Below the pieces are notes generated by a model, which had not been told where the DNA came from, did no database searches, and saw only the letters and a list, made by a program, of their open reading frames with translations. A program made the position numbers and the translations under genes. From Paraspadella gotoi (taxonomy: Eukaryota; Animalia; Chaetognatha), in the NCBI GenBank assembly GCA_051294375.1, contig CM119266.1, positions 19,603,657-19,667,656 on the forward strand: DNA of 64,000 nucleotides, read 5' to 3'. Shown piece after piece: positions 13,187 to 25,658 of the stretch (position 1 is its first letter; the number at the start of each line of letters is the position of its first letter).

Positions 13187-13545
13187 AATCCTTTCATTTC
13201 GACGGAAAAGATTTTTAGCAAACATCCACAGAACTAAAAAAAAAGAAAAGATGAAAAGGTTTTTTGAGTTTCGTTTCAATAGAATCTCCACCATAAGATG
13301 GCGCTGATGACTGCGGCTTTGCGGCTCAGAGAAGACGACGACGATTACGACGATAAAAGACGACGACGACGACGACGACGATTGAGATGAGCTACGCCAA
13401 TGAAGGCCTTTTTTTCCCCATTCATCGTAACTGTTTTATTTCAGTGAGATAAACAAAAATTTATACAAATCGTTAATGTCATTCTGACCAGAGAAAAAAA
13501 AATTGATGATCGCGAGATTGAATTGATTTACGCCCTTATGTAAAT
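12700..13545. repeat. ~400-bp direct duplication straddling the gap (12700-13127 and 13153-13541)
   Basis: Both copies run from caatcct..cattcgacggaaaag to tttacgcccttatgt, and the first copy is indel-rich. Confidence 0.9.
13128..13152. other. Assembly gap, exactly 25 N
   Basis: N run counted directly. Confidence 0.99.
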
Positions 13546-14659
13546 TTAGTATTAGATTGTGTTTGTAATTCTCCGAAAAAAAACAACCAAACATTATCTT
13601 TTATATAAAGTGAAAGAGTTTGAGTTATTAAGGTTTAATTTATCTTTATTTAATTCATGATTGATCCCATACCCCTGGTAGATTTTACCTGCTTAACTTT
13701 TCGAGGGCTGATTTTGCGATTAAACTAAACTAAACTAAACTAAACTAAACTAAACTAAACTCAACCTGCATGGAGACTTTACTTTCGATTTCCAGACGAG
13801 GTATTCGAAGGAACCTGCTGGCCGAACAAAATCCAGACACTGGATTCACACGCACAAAAAAAGAATTAAGCGTTAATAATTTTATTTAGACGGGAGAAAT
13901 ACAAGGAAAGAGTAATTAAACAATAAGGACCAATGGCTTCTCAGATACTTTTAAATCGCTGTTTTAACTGAGCTTACCATAACATAAGGTTATTTTGTAA
14001 ACTAATATATTACTAATAAAATTATAATTTTTTAATTTAAAATTTAAAAAAAAATAATTATTTAAAAAATAAGTTTTTTTAATAAAAAAAAGACATGTAA
14101 AACTATTTTAAATTATAATTATCATAAAGATATTTTATTATCTTATAAAATATTTTTATTTTAATAAAAAAATTAAATAAAAATAAATAGAAAATAATAT
14201 TTAATATTCTCAAACATTTATTATTTTATTTAAAATTATACACGTCAGTAAAGACAGATAAAATTTTAAAAAATATTATCATGCTAATTGTAAAAGAATA
14301 TGTGTTAAATTTCATGAGTATAGAGAATAGCGAAAGCGATTAAAAACAATTTTCAAGAAAGTTTTTCTCTTTCTTCTGGAAAATATGATTTTGATTAAAA
14401 GTCGAAATGAGGCGTATAATCGTCGTCGTCGTCATCGTCGTCGTTTTCGTCGCTGTGACGGTTCATGTCGGACAAGACGAGGCTCACATGAAAGGAGAGA
14501 ATGATGGATGGCAACAATAAAAATATTAAATACTTTTTTCTCCTTTTTCTCTCTCTCATCCCTTTTTCATTCCCCCCCCATTTTAAGGAAGGTCGAGACT
14601 GAGAAAAGGGAAGCACCTTACGTTTACGGGGGCTTCTGTTTAACTTTAAAGTCGAGAGA

Positions 14660-14835
14660 AAACCAGGGGATAATAAAAGATTAAGGGAAAAGAAGGAAGG
14701 GAAGAACCAGGGGAGAATATAAGATTAAGGGGAAAGAAAGAAGGGAAGAACCAGGGGAGAATAAAAGATTAAGGGGAAAGAAGGAAGGGAAGAACCAGGG
14801 GAGAATAAAATATTAAGGGGAAAGAAGGAAGAGAA
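14660..14835. repeat. ~44-bp purine-rich tandem repeat (aaccaggggagaataaaagattaaggggaaagaaggaagggaag), ~4 units
   Basis: Direct reading. Confidence 0.85.
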
Positions 14836-15055
14836 GAAAAAATATTAAATAGACAGAAAAAGAGAGAAGTTAAAAGACAAAGAAAGAGAGAGCAAGAAGA
14901 AATTTCAATGTTCAATGGGAGAGATGACTTTTATATTAAAAAATGAGGGAAAGAATGAGATTAATATTTTAGAATTCGAAAGGCGGATGAAAGGAAGACT
15001 ATATTGAGAAAGAAAAAGGAAAGAGACGATATCATTCACTTTTAAGCATGAGAGA

Positions 15056-15155
15056 GACAGACCAAACGACTGACAGACCAAACGACTGACAGACCAAACG
15101 ACTGACTGACCAAACGACTGACAGACCAAACGACTGACTGACCAAGCGACTCACC
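15056..15155. repeat. 16-bp tandem repeat (gacagaccaaacgact), ~6 units
   Basis: Direct reading. Confidence 0.9.
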
Positions 15156-15310
15156 AAAAAGTACGCGGGGCCCAACTTCAAATTATAGAGAGAACGAAAA
15201 TAGGTTAAAGACGTGAAACATATGTAAACGATAGGGCAAAGAAAACTCGCGTAGGTCAAAGGAAAAAAACCCAAACAAAACAAGAGGACGAGAGAAGGTT
15301 AAGACGATAT

Positions 15311-15554
15311 GGCCTTATTTTCGCAGAATGCACCATTTCGTTTTATAAGTTAGTTTTTAGGTTAAAAGATTAAACAAGAGGTTAGAGATTAAAGTAAAGA
15401 TTAGGTTAAAGATTAGAGTTAAAGATTAGGTTAAGATTAAGTGATTAGGGTTAAGATTTAGGGTTTTTGGAGAAATTAAACATATAAATAAGAAATAATA
15501 AAAAAAACTCGCGGATTGAAGAAGAGAAATAGGGCACTTTTGGAAAAGAGAGCC
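15311..15554. mobile_element. Telomere-repeat-containing MITE, family T
   Basis: 29-bp imperfect TIRs GGCCTTATTTTCGCAGAATGCACCATTTC and rc GGCTCTCTTTTCCAAAAGTGCCCTATTTC (20/29 identical) around a degenerate ttaggg/ttaagg body. No TSD visible in this copy. Confidence 0.7.
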
Positions 15555-15802
15555 AAATAGGTAAGGGACTGGCAGGACAAAGAAAACTGAGAGGGCGCGA
15601 CCTCTTGTTAACCCGTCGTTTGGAATCCGCAATTGAGCCGATCGCTCTTGCTTCACTTACTCTCTCTATCTCTTTCTCTCTCTCTCTTTCTCTCTCTTTT
15701 TCTCTCTCTCTATGTTTCGCTCTCTTGTGCTCTTCTTTGACCCTTGCCCATTTCAGTCCTCCAAAGAAATCAGGAGATTCTATAACATTTTTTTCATCCC
15801 AT

Positions 15803-15874
<72 letters not shown>

Positions 15875-16071
15875 TTCCTCCCCATTTCTTCCTAATTTCC
15901 CTCATTTTCCTCCTTCTCTTCATTCTCTATATTTTCCTCCAAAAACAAAATCTTGGAATGAATTAATTGCCCAAAAATTATCGCGGAAATAATTGAAATT
16001 GAAAGACCGAGGCGGAGGAAGAGAGAGAGCGAGAGAGTGGAAAGAACTCGAGTTGGGAGAGAGAGTCGAGC

Positions 16072-16122
<51 letters not shown>

Positions 16123-16954
16123 GAGAGGGAGAAAATTTAAGAAATTGGCGGGGTAGAGCTGTTAGATAATGTCTTTTCCAATTATAGAGAAAAAAAGATT
16201 TAAAAAAAAAGAAGAAAATGTGGAAAGAGAGAGAAGGATGAAGGAAGGTCGCGATCATTAGAGCTTCGAGATTGGTGTAGCTTATGGAACCTCATGGAGC
16301 CTCGTGAAAAGGGGTGAAAGAAAAACCTTTTTTTTTTTCTAATTTGTCATGGAAAGAGCAAACAAAAACAATGAGAGAAATATATATAAAAAATAAAGAT
16401 AACGAGGAACGGGGAGAGAGAGAGAGTGAAAAAAAAGAAAGAAAGAAAAAAAAAAGAAAAATATAAATTCTGAGAAAATTTTTCATTTTCTCCATCCCGA
16501 CTCTTAAAAACAAAAACATAAAAAGTCCAAAAAAATTACCAACAAAAACTTAAAAACATAATTTTTCGTGACTGCACGAGGCTGGAAAGAGGCTGCTTTA
16601 AGAGAGCCGGGATTTATGCTTATTATAATGAGACAGTTACAACCGCAAACATGTTTGGAAAAGGGAAAGAGACGATGAGAAGACAACGACAGCCACTTGG
16701 TTTCTGGGATGAGAAAAAGGGAGAAAAAAGGGAATAGGGTTAAGTGAGAGGGAGAGAGAGTCATCTGAGAAAAAGGGAATAGGGGGAAGTGAGAGTGAGA
16801 GAGAGTCATCTGAGAAAAAAGGGAATCGGGGGAAGTGAGAGGGAGAGAGAGTCATCCGAGAATAAAAAGATATATACAAAAAAAAAAACAAAAAAACCGA
16901 TTAGTACTGTCTACCATTGTTTATTAAATTAATTAATTTTTTAAACATTTGAAA

Positions 16955-17050
16955 TAGTATAGAAACCAAAGTTTTAGCATTTTTACTACGAATTTATTTT
17001 GGTTTAAATAAATTCGTTGTAAAAATGCTAAAACTTTGCTTTCTCTACTA
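16955..17050. other. ~96-bp near-perfect AT-rich hairpin
   Basis: agaaaccaaagttttagcatttttactacgaatttattt pairs with aaataaattcgttgtaaaaatgctaaaactttgctttct around a ~6-nt loop. Confidence 0.85.
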
Positions 17051-17930
17051 ATACACTAACAACGAAAAAAGAAAGGATTATTAAAACATTTGAACTTAAA
17101 ATTTTCAAAAAAACATAATAAAATGTTACTAAAAACATTTTTTTGGAAAGAATGATCCAAGTTTTTTAAGGATCGTAGAATGAAAATTATGCAGAGATGT
17201 CATTGAGACGTCATAAACCGGGTCACAGCATTTTGTTTTCATTTTTTTTTACTTCTTTTCGTCATTCGTCAATTTGTTTGGAAGCTTAAGTCCCACCTGG
17301 TATCATTATCCCTCCGCCTTTGAAAAGTCGCGCCATCCATAAATTTTAGGGTTAAGCATAAAACGACCAAGTATTTCGACCTCTTAAAAAAGCATGTATC
17401 ATCTTTTGTTGTGACTGGGGAAGTTAATTCTTATAACAATATCTTTAATAAGCGATAGGCACTAGATTTGAAAAGAACAAGAGATTCGAGATTTACGTAA
17501 GTATTACGTCCGTTGCTTTTTGATAATAAAAAAAAAATCAGTGAGAAAGTCTTGTACAAAATTTGGGGACCGGCTCAAAAAAACCTAAACAGTCCATGTA
17601 AAAAATCAGTGAGAAAGTCTAGTACAAAATTCGGGACCGGCTCAAAAAAAAAAAAAAAAAAAAAAACCTAAACAGTCCATTTAAAAAAAATCTTATTCAT
17701 CTTGGATTAAATCTGGGAGTATAATTTTTTTTCTGCCGTCGACAAACATCACAACAATCTGTCCCCCCCCTCTACTTCACCGGCCTTGAGACGACGATAA
17801 CGACGACTAAGAACGATGATGACGACGAAGACGACGAACCAAGAATAACGAACAAGAATGACTTTCTCAAAATAAAATTTGGAAAAATCGAAGTCGAATT
17901 CAAAAATAAAGCGATGAAAGACGAAGAATC

Positions 17931-18307
17931 GGCCCTATTTTCCTCAAGCGCTCCATTTTGTTTTTAATTGAGAATTAAATTTTTTTTAGGTTTAAATATT
18001 AAATATTAAGGATTAAGTTAGGAATTTGGTTGAAAATTAAAGTTATGTACTATTATTATTAAACAGTTTGATATAAAAATAATAAAAAAAAACTTTTTTT
18101 TTCTTAAAGATTAGTTTTATAATTAAGGTAAAGGATTCGGGTTAAAAAATAGGGTTTGGTAACTTGGGTTGAAGATTAAGATAAGGTTAGGGATTAAGGT
18201 TAAAAAATAGGTTATAAATATTAAAACAGATTAGAGTTAGATATTAAAATTAAAACTAATTTAAAAAATTAAAGAACTGAAATGGGGCGTTTTTCTAAAA
18301 GAGAGCC
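17931..18307. mobile_element. Telomere-repeat-containing MITE, family T, complete copy with 8-bp TSD
   Basis: TIRs GGCCCTATTTTCCTCAAGCGCTCCATTTT and rc GGCTCTCTTTTAGAAAAACGCCCCATTTC (20/29). GAAGAATC is directly repeated at 17923-17930 and 18308-18315. Degenerate TTAGGG interior. Confidence 0.8.
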
Positions 18308-18434
18308 GAAGAATCCTCCATCGAAGGTGCTCCCTACTCCGGGGAGGAATGGGTGGGGGGAAGATTGAGTCTGGAGAGAAACGGGATTCGAAGGAGAGCG
18401 GGTTCGAAGAGGAGGAGGAGGAGGAGGAGGAGGA

Positions 18435-18459
18435 NNNNNNNNNNNNNNNNNNNNNNNNN
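18435..18459. other. Assembly gap, exactly 25 N
   Basis: N run counted directly. ggagagcgggttcga is repeated on both sides. Confidence 0.99.
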
Positions 18460-18635
18460 AGGGGAGCAGGAGAGCGGGTTCGAGATGCCCGAGATTTTTG
18501 CCATCTTGTGTGTCCTTTCCCTTTCGATCCTTTTTTTTTTTCATCCGCCTTAATTTTATTCCTTTTTTTATTTCTCGATAGAAAACGCTCCTTCTTTTCC
18601 TCTCTCTTCTCTCTCTTCTCTTCTCTCCTCTCTCG

Positions 18636-18676
<41 letters not shown>

Positions 18677-18856
18677 CCTTCCCCTCTCTCTCCATCCCTA
18701 TCTTTCTCTCCTCCTCTCTCCTTACCTCTCCCTCCGCTTTCCCCTCTCTCCCGTCCCTTATCTTCTCTCCTCCTTCCCTCGTCTCCCTACCTTCTTATCT
18801 CCCTCCCACTCTTCCTTCTCTCTCTCTCTCCCTCCCTTCTTCGTCTAGCTACTTTC

Positions 18857-21800
18857 AAAAAAAAAATCTTCTTTTTTAGCAGATACACGTCAATAGAACA
18901 TTTTTTAGGGGCCTTTTTTTTCGTATTAACTCCGTTTCTCTACTATTGAGATTTGATTTTTATTCATATTTTTGCTTTGAAGATTTTAATTTTTTTTTTC
19001 ATGAGTTTATTACGAAAAAAAAAAACTTCAATCGAAAAAAAGCTTTTAGTTGGTAACTCAGTTAGCTAATGTACACATAAACTCCAATGTTAGGGTTTAA
19101 GGTTTCCGCATACATCAGTGTCTTTAAACAACGAAATTTCTGAACTTTCAATAATTACCATATTTCTTGATCTCATTGGTTAGTACGAGCTTTCTTCATT
19201 TAAAAAAACGGTAGTCTTCAAGTTTATCTCCTTCTTGTCACTTTGACACTTCCCATTGTAAATTTTCTTGAGTTAAATACGGTAAACATGATCCCCATAT
19301 GATGTCAATCTATTCTCATAACTGCTAATTTTAGAAAAAAGTATGCTTTGAATTTTATGGTTACAGATGATTTTTAAAGATCGAATTCCTTATAAGAATC
19401 CTCATGTCTTTTTACTTAACACAAAAGATTTTAGGTAAGACGCCAAATTATCTGATACAATTTTTTTTCCTGTCATACGCTTTTCCTGAGTTAATTGTTT
19501 CTTTCACCTCTTTTTCTTCTCTCTCACTTATATTCTCTTCCTCTATTCCTCCATATACTTCTCTCGCTGTCATTTACCATTTTTTTGCCCCTACCTTGTT
19601 TCTGTCTACTCATGCTACTTCCTCACCTTTTTTTCTCATCTTCATTCTTTCCCTTTTTTCCCCTCTTTTTCTTTCCTATTTTTCCCCCTCTTTTTTCTTA
19701 CCATACAAATTGTTTCACTATTTTCCCACTTGCGTTTCGTTTTGCCTTCACCCTTCTTCATTCTCTCCCCCTTCTTCCCTGTTTCTTGTTCTTCCCTTTT
19801 TTCCGTATTTCCTGCTCAACTACGTTTACATTGAGCCAAATCAAATAAAATATGTCTAAAAGTGCATTGAATAAGAAAAGAATAATGACGGGATAACGCA
19901 ATTATGAGTTTCTCTCTTCAATTGTGGTTGACGTGAAATTTATGTAAATCGACAGATTTTGCGAGAAAAATTTTCTTGCAAAATCTGTCGACTGTCTGAG
20001 AAAGAGCGGTCCTGATGCGCTCCAGGTTTTTTAGAAAGGATGCGGTTTGTGTTTAATAATCAAGGGTCAGTTATGGTACCTCATCTTTTAAAAACTAATA
20101 AATGAGTTGAAAATGATTCTCTTTATCAAAAAATAAATGCAAGTTCACAAAAAGTCACAAATTAAAAATACGTCTTTTTTAAAATTATTGTGGCTAAACC
20201 AAAAAAGTTTTTTGCGATAATTTTATAGGGTGTTTAAAAGCTTATTCAATTAGGCTATATTTTTCTGTTTAACTTCAACCAATTTGATTGGTATTTTTGT
20301 TTAACAAGATATGATTAAAGACTGGAAACGTCCAACTTTTTGACTTGTGTAACTTTAAAAGTTTAATTCATAGGCAAGAGCTATTAAATGATTAAAGGCT
20401 AATAATTTACCCCAGAGGTAAAAGAATAAGGGAAAACCGGATTTCAAAGTTAAAAAATTTTTCTCAACTTTCCTTGGCATTCAAAATCAGAGAGTCGTAA
20501 GTAAAAAATGGACCAAAAATGGACATCAATTTTTTTGGCTTAAAAAGGTTTGCCAAAATGGTACTATATTATCATAGAACGGGTGGAGATGTTTTCTAAC
20601 CGAATTCCTTCGTTCGGCCTAGATTTTGTTTGTGGCTACAAATAATTAACATTTTTAAGTAACAACTGAAGCAATAGTGGAAAGAGTCGTTTTTTTTCTA
20701 AAATGCAACGTTTTGTACGCGGAACCTTAAATAAAAAAAAAAATGGGAAGAAGATATTATCGCATATAAGAATATTCGTGTTTTGTTTACAGCGGCAGCT
20801 TGTAAACTTACGCAAAGATTTCTTATGTAGAAAAGTTTTCTATCACTAAACACTTTTTATTTTGATTTTCCATTCACTTCATTGCTGGATTCCCTCCATC
20901 TTCCCTTTCTCTCTCCTCTCTCGTGCTCATCTCTCGCTCTCTTCTCTCTGCTCTCATTCTCTTCTCCTCTCGTTTCCTCTTTCTCTCTCTCTCACTCTTC
21001 TCGTCTCTCTCTCTCTCATTTGTCTCTCTCGCCTCTTCCTCTCCTCTCTCTCTCCTCTCTCCCCGGGACGAAACAAAATCAAGAAGCAAAATTATTTCTT
21101 CAAATTGGATTTTCGTTTTTTTCTCAGCGTGAGTCGAAAAAGGAGGAAGAAATTTTTATGTTTCTTTTCTAAGAATTTTTAAGAAATTGGAAAAAGTAAG
21201 GAGAGAAGAAAGAAAGAAGAAAATAAAAGGGGGAAGAAAAGAGAAATAAAGGGAGGAAGAAAGGAAAGAGAAAAAAATTAGAGGGGAAGAAAGAAAAAGG
21301 CAGGAAGCAAAAATAAGGGGCGAGAAAGAAGAGAGAAAAATAAAGGGAGGAAAGAAAGGGGAAAATAAGGAAAAAAACGAGGATTTTCGCAAAATCTTGT
21401 AAACTGCTCGAGTATTTATTATCCACAGAACCACAATATTTTTATTAACCATTAAAAAGGTGACATGTTTAGGTTGCAGCGCAAAACTTTGATTCTTTCG
21501 CTTCGAATTCCAAAGCAGCAAGAAAAAGTTAAAACAGCACTTTAAAAGTTCAAGTGATCTCGGGGAAAAGAATAAAGTCTTTTTATAGGCTCAAATAAAA
21601 TAGGGTGCTTTTTATTAAATAGAGGTCTTTTTAGTGGACCCAAAAATCGTGCGTCAAAACCAAATCTTAGAAACATGAGATGGAAAGTGGCAGAAAACGA
21701 GCTGGACGACGACGACGACGACGCGTCAATGAGGACATCGACAACATTATTAAAAATATCGATTTTTAAAACGTTGTCGATTTTTGATTTTCCTCATTGT

Positions 21801-22278
21801 AGCAACATAACTTAAGTTTCTAAGTAGGGAGAAAGGTCCAAAACTTTCCTTGGTTTAAAACAAGCTATTGCATCTCTTAGAAAAAAAAAATCTTCTTTTT
21901 TAGCAATACACGTCAATAGAACATTTTTGGGGCCTTTTTTTTTGGTATTAACTTCCGTTTCTCTACTATTGAGATTTGACTTTTTATTATCATATTTTGC
22001 TTTGAGATTTTAAATTTTTTTTCATGAGTTTATTACGAAAAAAAAAACCAGTGAATCGAAAAAAAGCTTTTAGTGGTAAATCAGTTAGTAATGTACACAT
22101 AACATCCAATATTAGGGTTTAAATAAAATAAAAATGGGAAGAAGATTTATCCATATAAGAATATTCGTTTTTGTTTACAGCGCAGCTTATACTTGACCAA
22201 ATATTCTATGTAGAAAGTTTTCTATCACTAACACTTTTTATTTTTATTTTCCTTCACTTCATCTGGATTCCTCATCTC

Positions 22279-22337
<59 letters not shown>

Positions 22338-23160
22338 TTCTCTCTCCCCCGACGAAAACAAGAATCAAGAAGCAAAATATTTCTTCAAATTGATTTTCGT
22401 TTTCTTTTCTCACGATGAGTCGAACAAAGGAGGAAAATTTTTATGTTTCTTTCTAAGAATTTTTAAGAAAAATTGGAAAAATAAGGAGAGAAGAAAGAAA
22501 GAGAAAAAATAAAGGGGGAAGAAATAAAGAGAAAAAATAAAGGGAGGAAGAAAGAAAGAGAAAAAATAAAGGGGGAAGAAAGAAAAAGGCAGGAAGGAAA
22601 AATAAGGGGGGGAGAAAGAAAGAGAAAAAATAAAGGGGAAGAAAAAAGGGGAAAATAAGGGGGAAAAAGGACGAGGATTTTCCAAAATCTTTACTGCTCG
22701 AGTATTTAGTTATCCACAGACAACAATTATTTTATTTAACATTAAAAAAGGTGACATGTTTAGGTTCAGCGCAAAACTTTGATTCTTTGCCTTCAATTCC
22801 AAAGCAGCGAAAAAAAAAAGTTAAAACACAACTTTAAATTCATATGAATCTCGGGGAAAAAATAAAGTCTTTTTATTGGCCCAAATAAAAATAGGGTCTT
22901 TTTATGAAATAGGGTCTTTTTATTGGCCCAAAATCGTCGCCAACAACAAATCTGAAACATGAGATGGAAAAGGGGCAAAAACGACGACGACGACGATGAC
23001 GACGACGACGTCAATGAGGACATCGACAACATATTAAAAATATCATTTTTAAAACGTTGTCGATTTTTGATTTCTCATTGTACAGACATAACTTAAGTTT
23101 TACAATAGGGCAGAAAGGTCAAAACTTTCCTTGGTTTAACAACCTAATTCATCTCTTAAC
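18857..23160. repeat. Tandem duplication, probably two haplotypes or reads of one locus (A: 18857-21878, B: 21881-23160)
   Basis: 18857-19100 matches 21881-22122, and 20731-21878 matches 22123-23160. Copy A is insertion-rich and carries a 1.6-kb insert that B lacks. Confidence 0.85.
19101..20726. mobile_element. Non-autonomous DNA transposon with TTAA TSD (Kolobok-like)
   Basis: TTAA at 19097-19100 and 20727-20730. Termini GGTTTCCGCATACA and rc GGTTCCGCGTACA. Empty site gggtTTAAataaa at 22115-22127. No transposase ORF seen. Confidence 0.8.
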
Positions 23161-23300
23161 TCCAACTGTACCTCCTTCATCATTGAGAGAAATGATAATC
23201 AAATTAAATGACGGTTTTAACGGTTTTAACTGTAGCCTCTGCAATCAGGGACGAAATGTAAAGAGGCCCGTTCATTCGTGGAAACTTAAATTATCGCCAG

Positions 23301-23367
<67 letters not shown>

Positions 23368-23939
23368 CTTCTCCTCCCCTCTGTCTGGAAATTTTAGTAG
23401 ACATACTACTGTCGTCAGTTTCTTGCAATTTACCCAATTTTTTTTTCGCTTGAAAGAAAAATAAAAGATAAATATAATAAAAATCACGACTAAAATAAAA
23501 ATAATTTCCAACCGACTGGATGAACACAAGAATCGTAGGAAACAAATTTTTACGCCAAATTTTGCGAAAAATTGAATTTTGAAAAGAGAAAAATCCTGCC
23601 AGAGGAAGAAGTGGTTAAATTTAATGCATCGTGTTTTAAAGAAAAATAAAATTGGAAAAAGAGAATAAAGAGGAAATAAAAAAAAGAAGAAAAATAAAAA
23701 ATGAAAAAAAAAACCTTTAATTAAAGAGGGCGAAAACAAACTAAGGCCCTTAAGGGCAACCACTGTCCCACTGAACATACAATCGCTAAAATGTTATTTA
23801 GCTTAAAAGCATCCAAAAAATATTTTCAAATAAACAACAATCAACAATAAGAAAATGAGAAAAAATATTGATGAAAATAAAAAGAAAGAACGAAGAACAA
23901 AGAATGTAGTTCACAAGACAGATAGACTGAGACAAAAAA

Positions 23940-23971
<32 letters not shown>

Positions 23972-25449
23972 GAGAAAAGAAGAGCAAGGACGAGAGGGAG
24001 TAGAGAAAGAGAAGGAAGCGGTAGAAAAATAGCACGTCAACATAAAAAAAAAAGGAGGTTTCAAATTGAGAAGAAAGCGGTCGTTGCCGGTCATCCGCGG
24101 GAAGGCAACACAGCCGTGCTTATTTTTGGATGGGGGAGCGAGCGTGAGAAAAACAAAGTTTTCCAGTTCCACCTCGGGAAAAAAAAGGGGGAGGTGATTT
24201 TATCGAAGAAGGTTCAGAGGGAAGGAGGTGATTCGGTGATTCGGTGATGGAGAGAAGGGACGAGGATTGTTTGGTTACTTGTATTCGGGTCGTTGATCTA
24301 ACCAGCGATTGCAAAGTGATCCGTGCGTGTATTTTCCATGGGTGATTGAAAAAAGGTCGGTTCTAAGTATCGGTAGGGGCCGCGCGTTATTGCACGAATA
24401 AGGAAAGAAAAGACGCGACATCACGAAAGGCTCCGCCGAAAGAGCGAGGGGGAGGGGCCTACGGTGAGAGGGACGTAGAACATCCCAGAGGAGGGGGGGG
24501 AACCAACTCTTTGCCATGGGATTTGCCAGTTTAGGGGCGGGGGCTTTCCTAATCGTTAAAGGTGCTTTGAAATCCGAGTTTTCTTCTAATGGTTTCGCAA
24601 ACAAGAAAGAAAAGAGGCGAAGGACGACGACAACAAAGATTTTAAATTCCGCCATATTGTGAATTCGAATTTATGGGCTAATGGAAGAAAAACAAAGGGA
24701 TTTTAGCGGAAACTGAGAGTTTGAGAAGAATATGTAATGATTTCGTTATAAATATATTGTTTATATATATGTATAATTTCAAATTTGGATTGCATTTACA
24801 GACCAAGTTTTGAAGGCAACCAAGCCACCCAAAGCTCAACAGTCAACACCTTTTTCCACATATTTCTTGAATGTGACTCTTTCCATAGGAAAGTTGGTAT
24901 TTTTTCTCTTCCCCCTTTCCCCCATTCCTCTTCCCCTTTTCATCTACCCCCTTTCCCCCTTCCTCCCTCTTCCCAACTCCTTCTTTTTCCTCTCTCCCTT
25001 CCTCTCCCCTCTTTTCCTCTTCCCTTTTATCATCCTCCCTTCCACTCTTTCCCCTTCCCTCTCTCTCCTTTTCCTCTTCTCCCCTTTCCCTTCTCCCTCC
25101 CTCTTACCTCTCCCTCCTTTTCTTCCCTCTTTTTCCTCTTCCCCCTCCCATTTTGCACTTCCCTCTCCTTCCTTCCACTTCCCTCTCCCCCCTTTCCCCT
25201 TCCCCCTTTCCTATTTTCCTTTTCCCCTTCCCGTTTCCTATTCCTCCTTCCACTCTGCCTCCTTTTCCCCTTCTCCCTCTTCCTCTTCCCCCTTTCCCCT
25301 CTTCCTCCCCAGTTCGCGGTCCCAATTTCCTCGAGGAGGAATTTTCGCTTCCAAATTGAAAAGTTTTTATTTCCGATTCGATGGAACCGGAAATCGGACG
25401 AGAAGACGGACCGACCGACCGATCGATTCAGCTTTCGGGACGTTGGCTT

Positions 25450-25497
<48 letters not shown>

Positions 25498-25578
25498 GTG
25501 ATAGGCTCGTCGGGGTTTCCCTTCTTTTGTCATGAATTTTTCATTTCTGTCGAGCTTTGTTAGCTCGTTGTCTTTCTC

Positions 25579-25658
<80 letters not shown>

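Larger units (their letters stand above)
9120..13950. repeat. ~4.8-kb inverted repeat (arms ~9120-11375 and ~11550-13950, ~175-bp spacer), probably a fold-back read artefact
   Basis: Matching blocks: 10261-10455 with rc 12287-12470, 11281-11373 with rc 11550-11631, 9240-9470 with rc 13655-13850. The left arm carries many extra inserted bases. Confidence 0.9.
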
